The position numbers were made by a program, and so were the translations under genes. The notes beneath the pieces are model-generated. The model searched no databases. It was not told the DNA's origin and saw nothing but the letters and a program-made list of their open reading frames with translations. From the IMG/VR virus record IMGVR_UViG_3300028186_000155: a stretch of 64,000 nucleotides of DNA, one strand, 5' to 3'. The DNA comes from a virus (lineage: Duplodnaviria > Caudoviricetes). Every line of letters begins with the position of its first letter. Within the stretch, counting starts at the first letter, position 1. Below, one piece after another: positions 26,404 to 36,815 of the stretch.

Positions 26404-29309
26404 TCCGGGGCATCCTCTTTCATGCGGCCCATGATCCGCCTGTACACCTCTTTAGGCTTGATATCGTGACCGAGAACGTCACGCTGCCCCTCAAGGGTTG
26501 TCATTAGCAGTTCATCGAGTGCGCATTTGTCTTTTGTTTTGAAGTCGCCGGTCAACGCGTAGTTCCAGCCTTCACACTTATCCAGCGAGTAACCGAATTC
26601 GAAGTCGATTTCCAGCTGAATGTCGAAGTTGAAACCGTGACGTGCAATCATTTCTTTTTCCACGTCGTGCGTTAGGCCCTGTTCGATCATCCCAACCGCC
26701 AACCAGAAATCCTCATAAGCGCAGGAGAATTCGAGGGAGTCGTGCACCGAGTTAGCCTGAATGAAATCAGGATAATGACCGGTCTTTTGGTAGTGTTCGA
26801 AACGGCGGCGCTCAATGCACCGGGCGCCCGTCATCATGAAGTCAGAACCCATGCCCTGTACTGGACTGTTTACAGATTGCCGCTCAGAGCGCGACGTGAT
26901 GTTGCCAGCGTCTTCGTGGCTGCTAGGGGTCAGCAGGCCCCACAGGTTACGGCGACGGCCCACAGGCGATTCGACAAACAGGTGCTTGCGTGCGTGGTCC
27001 TTGGCCTTGTCGAACCACTTGGCGCCCACAGGGAAGCGTTTAAAGAACTGTTCTGTCAGTTCCTCAACCATTTCAACCGTAGCGTTAATCGACTTGGCTG
27101 TACCCTTCGCACCCTGCTGGTAAATCAGACCGAAAATAACCTGCTTAACCGATTGACGCATCACCTTGTCAACGGCTTCGATTGGCTTACGGAAGAAGTA
27201 CGCGGCGTTAATCTTGTGAACGTCACCCTTGAAGTCAATTTCCTTCGCGAGTTCCAGCGTTGGTTTACGCTTGAATTTCTCACGAAGTTTCAGACCTACA
27301 CGGAACGCATCAGCCACGCCCTTGTCGCCGGAAATGAGGGACCAGCATCGCACTTCGTGCGCCGAGTAGTCCACCTTAATGATTATTCGACCTTCAGGGC
27401 TAACGAAGAGTCGTTTAATCAGTTTACCCATTTCAGATCGTGACGGAATTGTCTGCAACGTTGGGTCACGTGCCGAGGTACGACCAGTAACCACATCCAG
27501 ATAACCGAAGCGTGGCCGCATGCAGCGGTCGTATCGGAAATCTTCGTCTTCGCCCCATTTTTTAATGAAGCTTTTGACATAGGCGTTGTAGAGTTTTTCG
27601 ATCTTCGTTAGCTCGGTGAAGAGCTTGATTTCCGGCACGTCTTCGTAACGCTTCTGGAAATCTTTGTCGATCTTGCCCAAGCCCTTTTTGTTCTGCGACA
27701 AGGGCTTGAGTTTGAGGACTTCAAAGAACAGCAGTTGCTTATGCTCTTCCTTGTTGATTTTGAACAGCTTGGTTTGCGTTCGTCCGAATAGGCCCATGGA
27801 CGGCACACCCGAGCGTTTGGCCAGAAGCTTGTTAGCTTTCTGCACCCCCTCGGATTCGTACAACGCTTTGAGGACTCGGTTTTTCTCACGAACAATATGT
27901 GAGTCTTTCGATTTGAGTTTGAACAGCCAGTCGATATCGACATACGAGCCGTTGAACTCAAGGTTAGACAGCGTGTGAATCTGATCCGACAGCTGTTCCG
28001 AAACAACGGATTCGTATTTCTTGTATCCGATTGTCTTGGCTTGTTTCAGCTGAAGTTTCTGAATGTGCAGCAGCAGGATTACGTCAAGGGCCATGTACGT
28101 GAGCACTGGGCCGTCGAGGTCCATGTCCGCAATGAATGCCCGCTGTTCCTTACCGAAGTCGGATTCGTAATAGGCGCGACAGCCATACTGCATGGTGATA
28201 TTGAGCAACGAATAATAGTTTCGGCCACTCACACCTTGGATCGATTTGTGGTTTTCATCCTTGGCGAATTCCGCCGAAATGATGCACCACAATTTGCATT
28301 TGAAGAAGCGCACCCCAAGGTCACGCCGGGCAGCGATCAGGTCGAACGCGGCGTTGGCGTAGAGGTTATATTTATTCTTCGATTTGTGTTCGAAGTATTC
28401 GCGCAGCTTCGTCTTGATGTACGCAATTTCCTTGGGGAGAAACGGCGTGTCTTTGTGCAGGAATGGCAGGATGTACGCTTTGCCTGTGTCGGTCGCGAAC
28501 TGCCATGTTACCGTGTAGTTCTTTCGTCGCTTCAGATTTCGCGACTCGGTATCGATTGCCACCACCTCGGCGTTGGTAATGGCCTTGAGCATCTTGTCGA
28601 ATTTCTTGATTGTATCGACCATTTCGATCTTGTAATCAAGCTTCGGAACTTTGTACATCAACTTGCCATCGTTGAGCGCGGTGGTCAGGTTGCGCGCAAC
28701 GTACCCTGCTGCCGCCATCGTATCATCCGAGGTTTGCAGCTTGCGCAAACTCAAGGTCGAGACGTGGTTGAATTTGTGCGTGTTGCCCTTGTAAGTTGAT
28801 TTGGCTTTGATCGGCACACCGTAAAAGTGTTGCCACAAAACACCGCGTTCGTTTTTGTGCTGCGAAATGAAATCGCCGCTCAGGGCCATGGTCGGATCGG
28901 GACCAAAGGTCACTACCGTGTCAGGCTTGTACGTGGTGATCACGTATTCAAGGCGTTTCTTAAATTCCTGTTTCGCCAGTTCGATAAACGCAGGTGCGCC
29001 ACCTTGCGTTTTGAAACTGTGATAACTCATGCACAGCCAGTTGTAATCGTCCAGCTTATTCGGGGCTTTGTAATACTCTTCTGCGGCCCACATGAGGTTT
29101 TGCAAAAGGTCGCCGGTCGCCCCGTCGAGGATACGGTTTTTCCGCATCGCCTCGCCCGGCATGTAGTCAAAGACAAACAGAATTTTCCCGCGAGCCTTTT
29201 TGGTCACGTGCTTAGCCAGTTCAACCTGATCGAAACCAGTAATGTCGTACTGCTTCAGCCCCTTGCCATACTTGTAGTCGCTGGGAAATTCTACATACTC
29301 ATACTTCAT
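26352..29309 (-). CDS. polA: family A DNA polymerase with N-terminal UDG-like domain and 3'-5' exonuclease
   Basis: AIDTES, NAAFD, YMALD; TGRTS..PTLQTIP; DYSAHEVR; RQSVKQVIFGLIY; NSPVQG; VHDS. Confidence 0.95.
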   Translation of the reverse strand: MKYEYVEFPSDYKYGKGLKQYDITGFDQVELAKHVTKKARGKILFVFDYMPGEAMRKNRILDGATGDLLQNLMWAAEEYYKAPNKLDDYNWLCMSYHSFKTQGGAPAFIELAKQEFKKRLEYVITTYKPDTVVTFGPDPTMALSGDFISQHKNERGVLWQHFYGVPIKAKSTYKGNTHKFNHVSTLSLRKLQTSDDTMAAAGYVARNLTTALNDGKLMYKVPKLDYKIEMVDTIKKFDKMLKAITNAEVVAIDTESRNLKRRKNYTVTWQFATDTGKAYILPFLHKDTPFLPKEIAYIKTKLREYFEHKSKNKYNLYANAAFDLIAARRDLGVRFFKCKLWCIISAEFAKDENHKSIQGVSGRNYYSLLNITMQYGCRAYYESDFGKEQRAFIADMDLDGPVLTYMALDVILLLHIQKLQLKQAKTIGYKKYESVVSEQLSDQIHTLSNLEFNGSYVDIDWLFKLKSKDSHIVREKNRVLKALYESEGVQKANKLLAKRSGVPSMGLFGRTQTKLFKINKEEHKQLLFFEVLKLKPLSQNKKGLGKIDKDFQKRYEDVPEIKLFTELTKIEKLYNAYVKSFIKKWGEDEDFRYDRCMRPRFGYLDVVTGRTSARDPTLQTIPSRSEMGKLIKRLFVSPEGRIIIKVDYSAHEVRCWSLISGDKGVADAFRVGLKLREKFKRKPTLELAKEIDFKGDVHKINAAYFFRKPIEAVDKVMRQSVKQVIFGLIYQQGAKGTAKSINATVEMVEELTEQFFKRFPVGAKWFDKAKDHARKHLFVESPVGRRRNLWGLLTPSSHEDAGNITSRSERQSVNSPVQGMGSDFMMTGARCIERRRFEHYQKTGHYPDFIQANSVHDSLEFSCAYEDFWLAVGMIEQGLTHDVEKEMIARHGFNFDIQLEIDFEFGYSLDKCEGWNYALTGDFKTKDKCALDELLMTTLEGQRDVLGHDIKPKEVYRRIMGRMKEDAPEWVLKQKKFWKNQKEAA

Positions 29310-29348
29310 AAGTTGTAGCCCGCCATAGGTGTGATAACCTACCTGTTA

Positions 29349-29357
29349 TTTACAGTT
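29349..29357 (-). promoter_or_regulatory. AACTGTAAA promoter motif
   Basis: Between a terminator and the polA start. Confidence 0.55.
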
Positions 29358-29369
29358 TTTCTAGGCATG

Positions 29370-29402
29370 AAAAAGCCCCCAAATCCTAATGGAAATGGGG
29401 GC
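29370..29402 (-). terminator. intrinsic terminator
   Basis: GCCCCCA...TGGGGGC stem followed by T5. Confidence 0.75.
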
Positions 29403-29406
29403 CAGT

Positions 29407-29892
29407 TCAAAACAACTTCACCATGCGGAGGATATCGGACAGCCTTGCGTCGTACTGTTCGGGCGTTGGGTAGCAGCACCAGCGACGGCTCATGGTGCGT
29501 AGCGTGTCGGTGGCCAGCAGCTTGTCGCCAAGCTGGGTGTATACTTCCCAATTGATCGGCAGTTCGTAAATCGACGTGTCACCACCACGGAGCACCACAA
29601 CCGGTTTATGGTGTGGCGCCGCGTCGATGAATCCGATAAAACGAGGACTGTCTTTCCACAACAGCAAGCCGCCTTCAGTGTCGGGAATTTCCACGGTTGT
29701 TACACCGTCTTCCAGACCGTTAATGCGCGGCCCCCAATACTCCCCGGAACCGAGGCCAAAGAAACCGAAAAGATCAGACGTTTCGTGCCCGGCGATCAGC
29801 TGCGGAAAGTTGGTGGTCAGAATCCGATAGTGCGTGTCGTTGCCTTTGAGATAAGCGTAATGAAACGCCACATCATCCTTGTGCATCGTCAT
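29407..29892 (-). CDS. hypothetical protein
   Basis: Start at MTMHK with GAGGA RBS. Confidence 0.6.
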   Translation of the reverse strand: MTMHKDDVAFHYAYLKGNDTHYRILTTNFPQLIAGHETSDLFGFFGLGSGEYWGPRINGLEDGVTTVEIPDTEGGLLLWKDSPRFIGFIDAAPHHKPVVVLRGGDTSIYELPINWEVYTQLGDKLLATDTLRTMSRRWCCYPTPEQYDARLSDILRMVKLF

Positions 29893-30295
29893 CGGAATAA
29901 TCCTCTTCGTCTTCCAGTTCCTCTTCCAGTTCTGGCTCTTCAACCACTGGCGGCGGAGTGACCGGAGTTTGACGCGTGCGTTTCTGAATCAAGGCAGCTG
30001 CTTGTTCGGCAGACATGTCGCGATGATTCAGCAATTTTTTCTCCCAATACAAACCTTTTGGCAGACGGTCAGTCACCGCGAATGGCAGGCCGTTGGAAGG
30101 GATGCCCGGCACATAGTTGTCTGCGCATTCGAAAGCCACTTTAGCCTTCATACTGGCAGCACTCCAAATGCCATCAATCGCGCCGTTGTAGTAGCCGAGG
30201 AAGGCCAGCACAACTTGCTGCGACATGAGTTCCATTTTTCCAGTTTGCATAAATCCTCCAAAGCTAATTGGGGCCTTCCATGGCCCCGTGGACAT
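29873..30295 (-). CDS. peptidoglycan-binding (PG_binding_1-like) protein
   Basis: QQVVLAFLGYYNGAIDGIWSAAS..F; acidic tail; TAATG-coupled to SNF2 gene. Confidence 0.7.
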   Translation of the reverse strand: MSTGPWKAPISFGGFMQTGKMELMSQQVVLAFLGYYNGAIDGIWSAASMKAKVAFECADNYVPGIPSNGLPFAVTDRLPKGLYWEKKLLNHRDMSAEQAAALIQKRTRQTPVTPPPVVEEPELEEELEDEEDYSDDDAQG

Positions 30296-33200
30296 TAGCG
30301 GGTTTTATATTTGAAGTTGATATCGGCCAGTTCTTTCAGCGCCATATCTTTGTTGTTGACGGTCACGCTGCGAGCGACTTCCGCGATTTTCTGTTTCAAA
30401 TCGGTTTTGTTCTTACCGAAGTAGAGCCATTCGCCGTCAACCTTCTGCCATTTCACGCCAGCATTAGGAATCGGCTTACCGATTTGTTTGAGGATACCGG
30501 GGTTGGTGCGGATATCCACGCAGAGACGCACGTGCTCTTCAGTGAAGATTGGGAACACGCGCAGCGCACGGCGGTTGCTGTTCATGCGCTTGTTGACCAT
30601 GAAGAAAGCAGGCAGTTCGGAAACCGGCGCCAACTCCAAGTTGTACCACAGTTTGTGGGTATTTTTCATGCCCACTTCGAACGCATCGTTGATTTGTTCG
30701 AAGATACGGTTGGTGGCCGCCGACAACTCGAAGTTGTCATAGATCCAATCGTAAATAACGTGGAACTTTTTCTTGTTGTTAACGTCGATGTACGCGTAGG
30801 CCGGAACGTGTTGGAACCCAACGCCTTTCAGGTCCAATTCACCCTCGTCGAATTGCGCTTCGAGGGTTGCGAAACCGTGATAGTACATCGGGTACAGAGA
30901 AACGGAGGATTCTTCGATTTCTTCAGGGAAATCTTCGTCTTCCTCGACCGGCGCAGGCACCGCTGCTGGTTTTGGTTGGACCTTCGGTTTGACTTTGCCA
31001 CCGACGACCTTGACCGTACCACCAGTGTTGTAAATGCCTTCGTTGATCGGCTTCCCTTTTTTCTCGTTCTCTTCGCGCTTGTCGCCGTCTTCCTTTTCTT
31101 TCTTGATAACGCGGAGACGTTCGGTTTCCTGTTTCTTGCGAATGCGCTCTTCACGCTCTTCGATTTCGCGTTGCTTCTGTTCCTGTTTTTCCAACCGTTT
31201 GGCCCGTGCAGCATCGCGGGTTTCTTCGGTGGCAGTCGAAGCGGTGTTAACGTCGAAGAAACGCTCTTCCTGATCCGGCGTGATATTGCGCTGGGCAATG
31301 TAGGCCATGTTCAGTTGAACGGTTACGCGGCTAGGCATGCCAGCAGGCGGATTTTTGAGGTTAACGGTCAGGCTCGACAGCTTGCCGCCACGCGTGTTGA
31401 AACCAACGATTTTGCCGGTGCCCCATTCGGTAACAACCGGTTTCAGTCGCAGTTTATCGCGGAAGTTGTTGAAGACTTCCGGGTCGCGCACCATTACCTC
31501 GACGTTTTGCAGGCCCCAATTGTTTGGATCGGGAATTGGTTGGTTAGCAACGAATGGCACAACATCCATACGCGCCGCGCCTTCCATCGGGGCAGCCTTT
31601 TCGATAGGCAACATTTCGATTTTGTTTTTCGCTCGCATTTCTGCGAACTCTTTGGATTCAACGCGGTTCAAACGACGATACGCGTCTTCCATTTGGCTGA
31701 ATGGTTTGTCGTCCAGACCAGCGGCGTTCGCCAGCATGTCAATGGACAGGGCGAGGCGCGCATCTTCTTTCTCGGTCGGAACGCGAACCGATGCCAGCAA
31801 TTCCGCATAGAGCGGGTTCGAGGCTTCGGTGATTCGAGCAATGCCGAAAGTCTTGGAAATAACGCGAGCAAGTTTTGCAACTTCCATCGTGTTATCGGCC
31901 AGTACCCAATCCAGATAAACCACATCACGGGTCAGGGTGCCGGTGCCTGCGGCTGCTGCCATTGCGCCTTTTGCATCAGGGCGCCATACACGCGCAGAGG
32001 TTTGCGCCAGCGCACCCGGACCCCATGGGGCCTCGGCACGGATCATGCGGCTAGCCAATTGCAGGTTGTGGCCTTCGGACATGCCTTGTTCGTTCGCGAT
32101 CAAAATCTGAATTCGATCATCAGTTTTGAAATCGTTGAACGCTTTTACGCGATCCGGTTCGTCACCGGTGAATTTAACGGCCATTGCGCGATAGTTCGGC
32201 GGCAAGGCGTCGTAAACGGCGCGAGCACTGGCGTTGTATCGGGTGATGATAATCAGCTTACCTTTCGGCTCAGGCTTCCAATAATCCGGGGCCTCCAGCG
32301 GGGTTTTGCTCATTACATCATCCGGCAGAGAAACGCGAGTTTCGCCCGGATTGTATTTCTTCGCTACGAACAATTGACCGTCGAAATCTACGAGGTCCAG
32401 TTCGATGTAGCGATTGCCACGTTTCCACTTCGGCGGGTTGAAATGCTTGGCAGCCAAGTTTGCAATGTATTTCGCTTTACGCGAAACAAAACCTTCGGCC
32501 ATGTCGCCAAATACTTCTTCAAACGCGTCGTCTTCCTGCGGGCAGATAATCAGACGTTCGAAACGGGCGAGGTGACGTTCCCACATTTTCTGCGAGATTG
32601 CTTCACCGGCAAAGTCCGAGTCGTTGTCTACGACGTTGTTGCCGCCGCCGCTGCCGTTATCGTCGTCTTCGTCATCGTCGTTGCTGTTGTTATCCTTCGC
32701 CGCTGCTTTTTCAGCTTTTGCCTTTTGGGCCAGCAGTGGTTTCAGTTCCTGCAACGTTTTGTCGAGGACCAGACGATACAGCTGTTCGTGCAGTTTTTGC
32801 TGCTCGATTTCAGCCGCGCTGGTGCCATCCGCGCCGTTGAAGTCTACCATTGGAACCGGGTGGAAACTTTCGATTGCAGACGGGAGCATATACGCCCAGT
32901 CTTTTTTCTCTTTGACGATGAACGAAATGTAGTGACCCAGTTTATCTACCGCACGCTTGCCGTTGAGCGGTTGATAAGTCTGTACAAAACGATCACCAAT
33001 TTTTACCGCTGCTGCCTCTTCGTTCGGCTTGATGTTGGCAATGTCACCAGCGCGGAAAACGTGCGGTGCTTTGAGGGCGATTTGCGCCTCAATGTCTTTT
33101 GCCCGGTCAGGCATCACAGTACCGGTCAGCAGACGCAGCCATTTCACGGTGGTGGAAGAGGTCAGGATTTTGGTTGCACGGTGACGCGCCGATTTGAACG

Positions 33201-36200
33201 ACTTCAGGTTGTGCGATTCGTCAATTGCCACGTAGTTGGAACCGAGGCGACGGAGGAATTCGAGGTTTTGCGAGAAGTTAACCTGTGCCGAGCCAATGCA
33301 GACGCGGGTGTTACGACCTTGGATGAAGGTCATCGAACTGATGAAAATGGTGTTTGGCGGCGCATTTTTTGCCAGATCGGCCAGCGCTTTTTCACCCATG
33401 CCCGGAGTTTTCGACCAACGCGCCATCACGTCGGAACTGATCGGAAACGCGTTCCAGTTCGAACCGAGGAAATAACGAATTTCCTCACACCACGTATTGA
33501 TCAGACCGTTAGGGCAGATCACCAACGGACGCACAATGGTGCCCGTTTCTTTCATGTCTTTCATCAGACATGCAATGTCGATCGTACCTTGCGAAGTTTT
33601 ACCACCGCCCGGCGCCAGCGCCAGAATTGCGAAGGTTGGCGGGTTTTTCTTACGCAGCGAACTTTGCACGTTTTCTTGGTGCGGGAAAATTGCACGTGCT
33701 TCATCTACCAGACCGGGAACCTTGATATCGTCCGAGTTGAACGACGGGTCCGGCTGGATCGATTCGATTTGTTCCTGCGCCTCGGCAAAGATTGTTTCCG
33801 AATTTGGCGCGTATTTCCCAAGCATCACAGCGAACGGCAGAACGTCTTTGTACAGCACGGCGTTTGGCTGCGCCGTGACGGTCATGGTTACGCGCTTATC
33901 CGGGTACTGATCGTTTGCGCCCATATCGACCGTGCTGCTGCCCTTGCGAGCGTTGGCGAAGTGGCCAATATCTACCGCGTTGATTGCATCCAGAATTTGC
34001 TTGAAAACTTGGCCGCCGAAATACTTGTAGCAGCGGACGAATTCAGCAGTGGTCGAAACCGAACTGTTGAAATAGTTTTCGTTGTTTTCCAGTTCCAGAC
34101 TCACGTCGGCGGCACGTGGGTTTTTGTCACCAGATTTCAGACTATCGAAAACTTCATTCCACAGGTGCGTGCCCTGTGCGCCCGAAGCCATGTCCAGCGT
34201 GACTTCCAGCAGGTTGAGAATGATGCCTTTGATGTTGCCTTTGAACCGTGGGTAAATTTCACCCTTCGTGTTCATGTGCTTCTGGTAATCCATCGAGAAA
34301 TCGAAACCTTGTTCGGTCGGCAATTCCTCATAGTTCAGGGCGCGCAGTGCGCTCTTCAGCAGATCATCCAGTTTCGGCGCTTTGTTATCGGCGTAAGCAA
34401 GGCGCATGTACAGGTTGATAATGTTGTCAACCACTGCGGTTTTTGCAAACTTTGCCGAATCAGCAGCCGCACCGTAAACCTCTTCCGCTTCCTTGTAGGC
34501 GTAGGCGGTGTGTTCGTGGTGGTTCAGCGTGTACATGGCCTGCGCAAAGGTGCGCTTGACCGGCTGTTCACCGTCTTTTGCCATGTTGAAACCGAGCCAA
34601 TCGGCAATCGCCAAAGAATCAGGCGTAACCGAGCCAATCGAAACGCTGGTGTTGGTCAGGCCGGGCGTGGAAGTGGCCTGAATGTTTACACCAAAGTCCC
34701 AATCAAAGCCGAGAGAACAGCCGTCAAATTCGGCAAGTTTTGCCATCATTTGATTGAGGCGTTCGATATCCGATTCATCGATCCACGGCCATTGTTCCGG
34801 GCTGGAATCCATCTGGAATGCAGCGAGCGGAATTTCGAGACGACCGAGCATTTCCAGCAGGTCTTCAGATGCTTTCTCGAAATCTTCGGCCAGCGTGGTA
34901 TCTTTCAGCACATCCACCGATGGACGAACGCCCATGGTGCCGTTAGGCAGGATGTACATGTTTTCCGCGTTGCCTTTGGTTTTTTCTACAACAAAACCGT
35001 TTTGTTCACGCAGCGCAGGGATCTTTTTCAGCGTCGATGCCGAGGTGGCATAACGCGGGATGTGATCCATGTTGATCGCTTTGGTGTTGGTGATCGTGTA
35101 CGCCTTGCCGGTGCCGGTTACTTTCGCACGCAGAACCTGTGCAATGTACAGCGAGAACCAGCTGTTTGCGCGGGTCATGCTTGGGCGTTCGGCTTCCGGG
35201 GTTTGCGTCACGAAGTGGGCAACGTCGGATTCCAGAGTGAAACGCAGCGAGGTACGCAGCGTGAGGTTCAGCAATTCCGCTTCTGGCGTGGTGCGCGGAT
35301 TTTCACCGTTGAGCATTTCGTTGACGCGCTGATTCATTGCGTCACGGCTGTGCACTTCGCGCAGGTTGGTGGTATTGCCCCAACGTTGCGAACTCGCATT
35401 GTAGCGCTCGGCTTCAATGTTGTTTTGACGTGCAGTTTTTACAATGTCCTTAACGCGCTTCGAAGGTTGTTTGATAACCTCGACTTGCAGGAATTGTTCT
35501 GCGAACGGGTTTGTTACCACGATATCGGTAACGATTTCGCCAGCGGTCGGCAGTTTGATGCCGGTGTGTTTCACCCAAATGGCTTCGATATCGCTGAACT
35601 TGGTGGTCAGCGGAATGCCACGGTGAATCATGCGGTCGGAAACGGCGAGGGTGCCAAACAGCATCATGTGAATTTCACGTGCTGCTGCCAGAATTTTCTC
35701 ACCGATTGGCGATTGCCACTGACCACGGCGGCGCTCGGCAGTAATCGGGTTTTGGTTGTCGTGTGGCAATTTCGACGCAGTGTCGATTTTGCTATCTTCC
35801 ACACCGAAATAAGGGGCTGGCAAGCCTTCCTCTTCCGGGTCCGCACCGGCACCCATCAGAACGAAATCGAGGCCCTCATTGTAGCGTTTGGAACGATACA
35901 CGTTGTGGAACGCGGAAGAGGTACGACGGCTGGCGCGCAGGAACGAAACCACGTCGGCTTCGGTCGAACCGCTGGAACGCTTGGACTGGAACAGATCCAC
36001 ATGGATTTTGGAAATCTCATGGGCCACTTGTTCCTGATCGAAATACGACAGGTAGTTGGCTTTCGCCATAACCAGACGCATGAAACGGAAAAACATGTTG
36101 ATGTTTGCCGTTACGTCCGACAGCGATTCCAGAATAGGAACGAGGAAGTTACGTTCTTTTTTCGGGAAGAAAAACGACTCGAATTCTGCGGTGCGCGCAG

Positions 36201-36402
36201 GTTCGAGCGTGACGGTGCGAATAGATTTTACGAAGTCGGAACTATCGTCACCCTCTTCGTCGTCTGCATCCCCATCATCGTCGTCGCCATTGTCGCGGGC
36301 AAATGCGCTCATGGATTCCATGGCAGCAGTTACGTCGCGGTGTTGGCGGTGCAGGCGCATTTGGCGCGCCAATTCGGATTCGTTAAAGTCTGCGCGATTC
36401 AT
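30295..36402 (-). CDS. giant SNF2-family ATPase/helicase
   Basis: FPHQ, LAPGGGKT, LVICP, IDESH, LLTGT, EGHNLQ, PW, QTSARVWR motifs; 2035 aa. Confidence 0.88.
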   Translation of the reverse strand: MNRADFNESELARQMRLHRQHRDVTAAMESMSAFARDNGDDDDGDADDEEGDDSSDFVKSIRTVTLEPARTAEFESFFFPKKERNFLVPILESLSDVTANINMFFRFMRLVMAKANYLSYFDQEQVAHEISKIHVDLFQSKRSSGSTEADVVSFLRASRRTSSAFHNVYRSKRYNEGLDFVLMGAGADPEEEGLPAPYFGVEDSKIDTASKLPHDNQNPITAERRRGQWQSPIGEKILAAAREIHMMLFGTLAVSDRMIHRGIPLTTKFSDIEAIWVKHTGIKLPTAGEIVTDIVVTNPFAEQFLQVEVIKQPSKRVKDIVKTARQNNIEAERYNASSQRWGNTTNLREVHSRDAMNQRVNEMLNGENPRTTPEAELLNLTLRTSLRFTLESDVAHFVTQTPEAERPSMTRANSWFSLYIAQVLRAKVTGTGKAYTITNTKAINMDHIPRYATSASTLKKIPALREQNGFVVEKTKGNAENMYILPNGTMGVRPSVDVLKDTTLAEDFEKASEDLLEMLGRLEIPLAAFQMDSSPEQWPWIDESDIERLNQMMAKLAEFDGCSLGFDWDFGVNIQATSTPGLTNTSVSIGSVTPDSLAIADWLGFNMAKDGEQPVKRTFAQAMYTLNHHEHTAYAYKEAEEVYGAAADSAKFAKTAVVDNIINLYMRLAYADNKAPKLDDLLKSALRALNYEELPTEQGFDFSMDYQKHMNTKGEIYPRFKGNIKGIILNLLEVTLDMASGAQGTHLWNEVFDSLKSGDKNPRAADVSLELENNENYFNSSVSTTAEFVRCYKYFGGQVFKQILDAINAVDIGHFANARKGSSTVDMGANDQYPDKRVTMTVTAQPNAVLYKDVLPFAVMLGKYAPNSETIFAEAQEQIESIQPDPSFNSDDIKVPGLVDEARAIFPHQENVQSSLRKKNPPTFAILALAPGGGKTSQGTIDIACLMKDMKETGTIVRPLVICPNGLINTWCEEIRYFLGSNWNAFPISSDVMARWSKTPGMGEKALADLAKNAPPNTIFISSMTFIQGRNTRVCIGSAQVNFSQNLEFLRRLGSNYVAIDESHNLKSFKSARHRATKILTSSTTVKWLRLLTGTVMPDRAKDIEAQIALKAPHVFRAGDIANIKPNEEAAAVKIGDRFVQTYQPLNGKRAVDKLGHYISFIVKEKKDWAYMLPSAIESFHPVPMVDFNGADGTSAAEIEQQKLHEQLYRLVLDKTLQELKPLLAQKAKAEKAAAKDNNSNDDDEDDDNGSGGGNNVVDNDSDFAGEAISQKMWERHLARFERLIICPQEDDAFEEVFGDMAEGFVSRKAKYIANLAAKHFNPPKWKRGNRYIELDLVDFDGQLFVAKKYNPGETRVSLPDDVMSKTPLEAPDYWKPEPKGKLIIITRYNASARAVYDALPPNYRAMAVKFTGDEPDRVKAFNDFKTDDRIQILIANEQGMSEGHNLQLASRMIRAEAPWGPGALAQTSARVWRPDAKGAMAAAAGTGTLTRDVVYLDWVLADNTMEVAKLARVISKTFGIARITEASNPLYAELLASVRVPTEKEDARLALSIDMLANAAGLDDKPFSQMEDAYRRLNRVESKEFAEMRAKNKIEMLPIEKAAPMEGAARMDVVPFVANQPIPDPNNWGLQNVEVMVRDPEVFNNFRDKLRLKPVVTEWGTGKIVGFNTRGGKLSSLTVNLKNPPAGMPSRVTVQLNMAYIAQRNITPDQEERFFDVNTASTATEETRDAARAKRLEKQEQKQREIEEREERIRKKQETERLRVIKKEKEDGDKREENEKKGKPINEGIYNTGGTVKVVGGKVKPKVQPKPAAVPAPVEEDEDFPEEIEESSVSLYPMYYHGFATLEAQFDEGELDLKGVGFQHVPAYAYIDVNNKKKFHVIYDWIYDNFELSAATNRIFEQINDAFEVGMKNTHKLWYNLELAPVSELPAFFMVNKRMNSNRRALRVFPIFTEEHVRLCVDIRTNPGILKQIGKPIPNAGVKWQKVDGEWLYFGKNKTDLKQKIAEVARSVTVNNKDMALKELADINFKYKTR

Positions 36403-36815
36403 TCGACGGCCTCGGAAATTACGCCTTCAGTTTGAACGAGGTAGGTCCACACATTCGACGGCTGTTGTTTGAGTTCGTTCGCCAGTTTGACCAGTGCGCG
36501 AGCGATGCAGAATCGCACGTGCGGATCTTTTTCGTCGGACATGAGGTCCAACGTGTAATAGGCGTAAAGGTTGTTGTATTCCTGCTTGCGGAAAACTTCG
36601 AGGAAATCGGCGGTGGCCTGTTCCATGTCGAAGGTTGGCGGCGGCAGATCATCCAGATAATTGGCGTAGGAATTATCGGCCAAATCTTGAATGTCGTTGC
36701 GCAGAACTTCTGCCAGATCCAAAATCACTTGCAGTTTCTTTTCGGGGGCTGCGTCACCCTTTTTGATGATTGCCAGAATGGATTCAACACCATCCAGCGC
36801 GGTTACGATGCTCAT
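36399..36815 (-). CDS. hypothetical protein
   Basis: GAGGA RBS; ATGA overlaps at both ends. Confidence 0.7.
   Translation of the reverse strand: MSIVTALDGVESILAIIKKGDAAPEKKLQVILDLAEVLRNDIQDLADNSYANYLDDLPPPTFDMEQATADFLEVFRKQEYNNLYAYYTLDLMSDEKDPHVRFCIARALVKLANELKQQPSNVWTYLVQTEGVISEAVE

Noticed and set aside
26352-29309. Intron or intein in polA (also checked SNF2, ligase and helicase)
   Set aside because: Motifs are contiguous at normal spacing; no splice-junction or homing-nuclease signature seen.
30268-36435. 2055-aa plus-strand ORF (also 69..2675, 12885..16262 and other long + ORFs)
   Set aside because: Antisense shadows of strongly codon-biased minus-strand genes; F/V/R-rich composition with no recognisable motifs.
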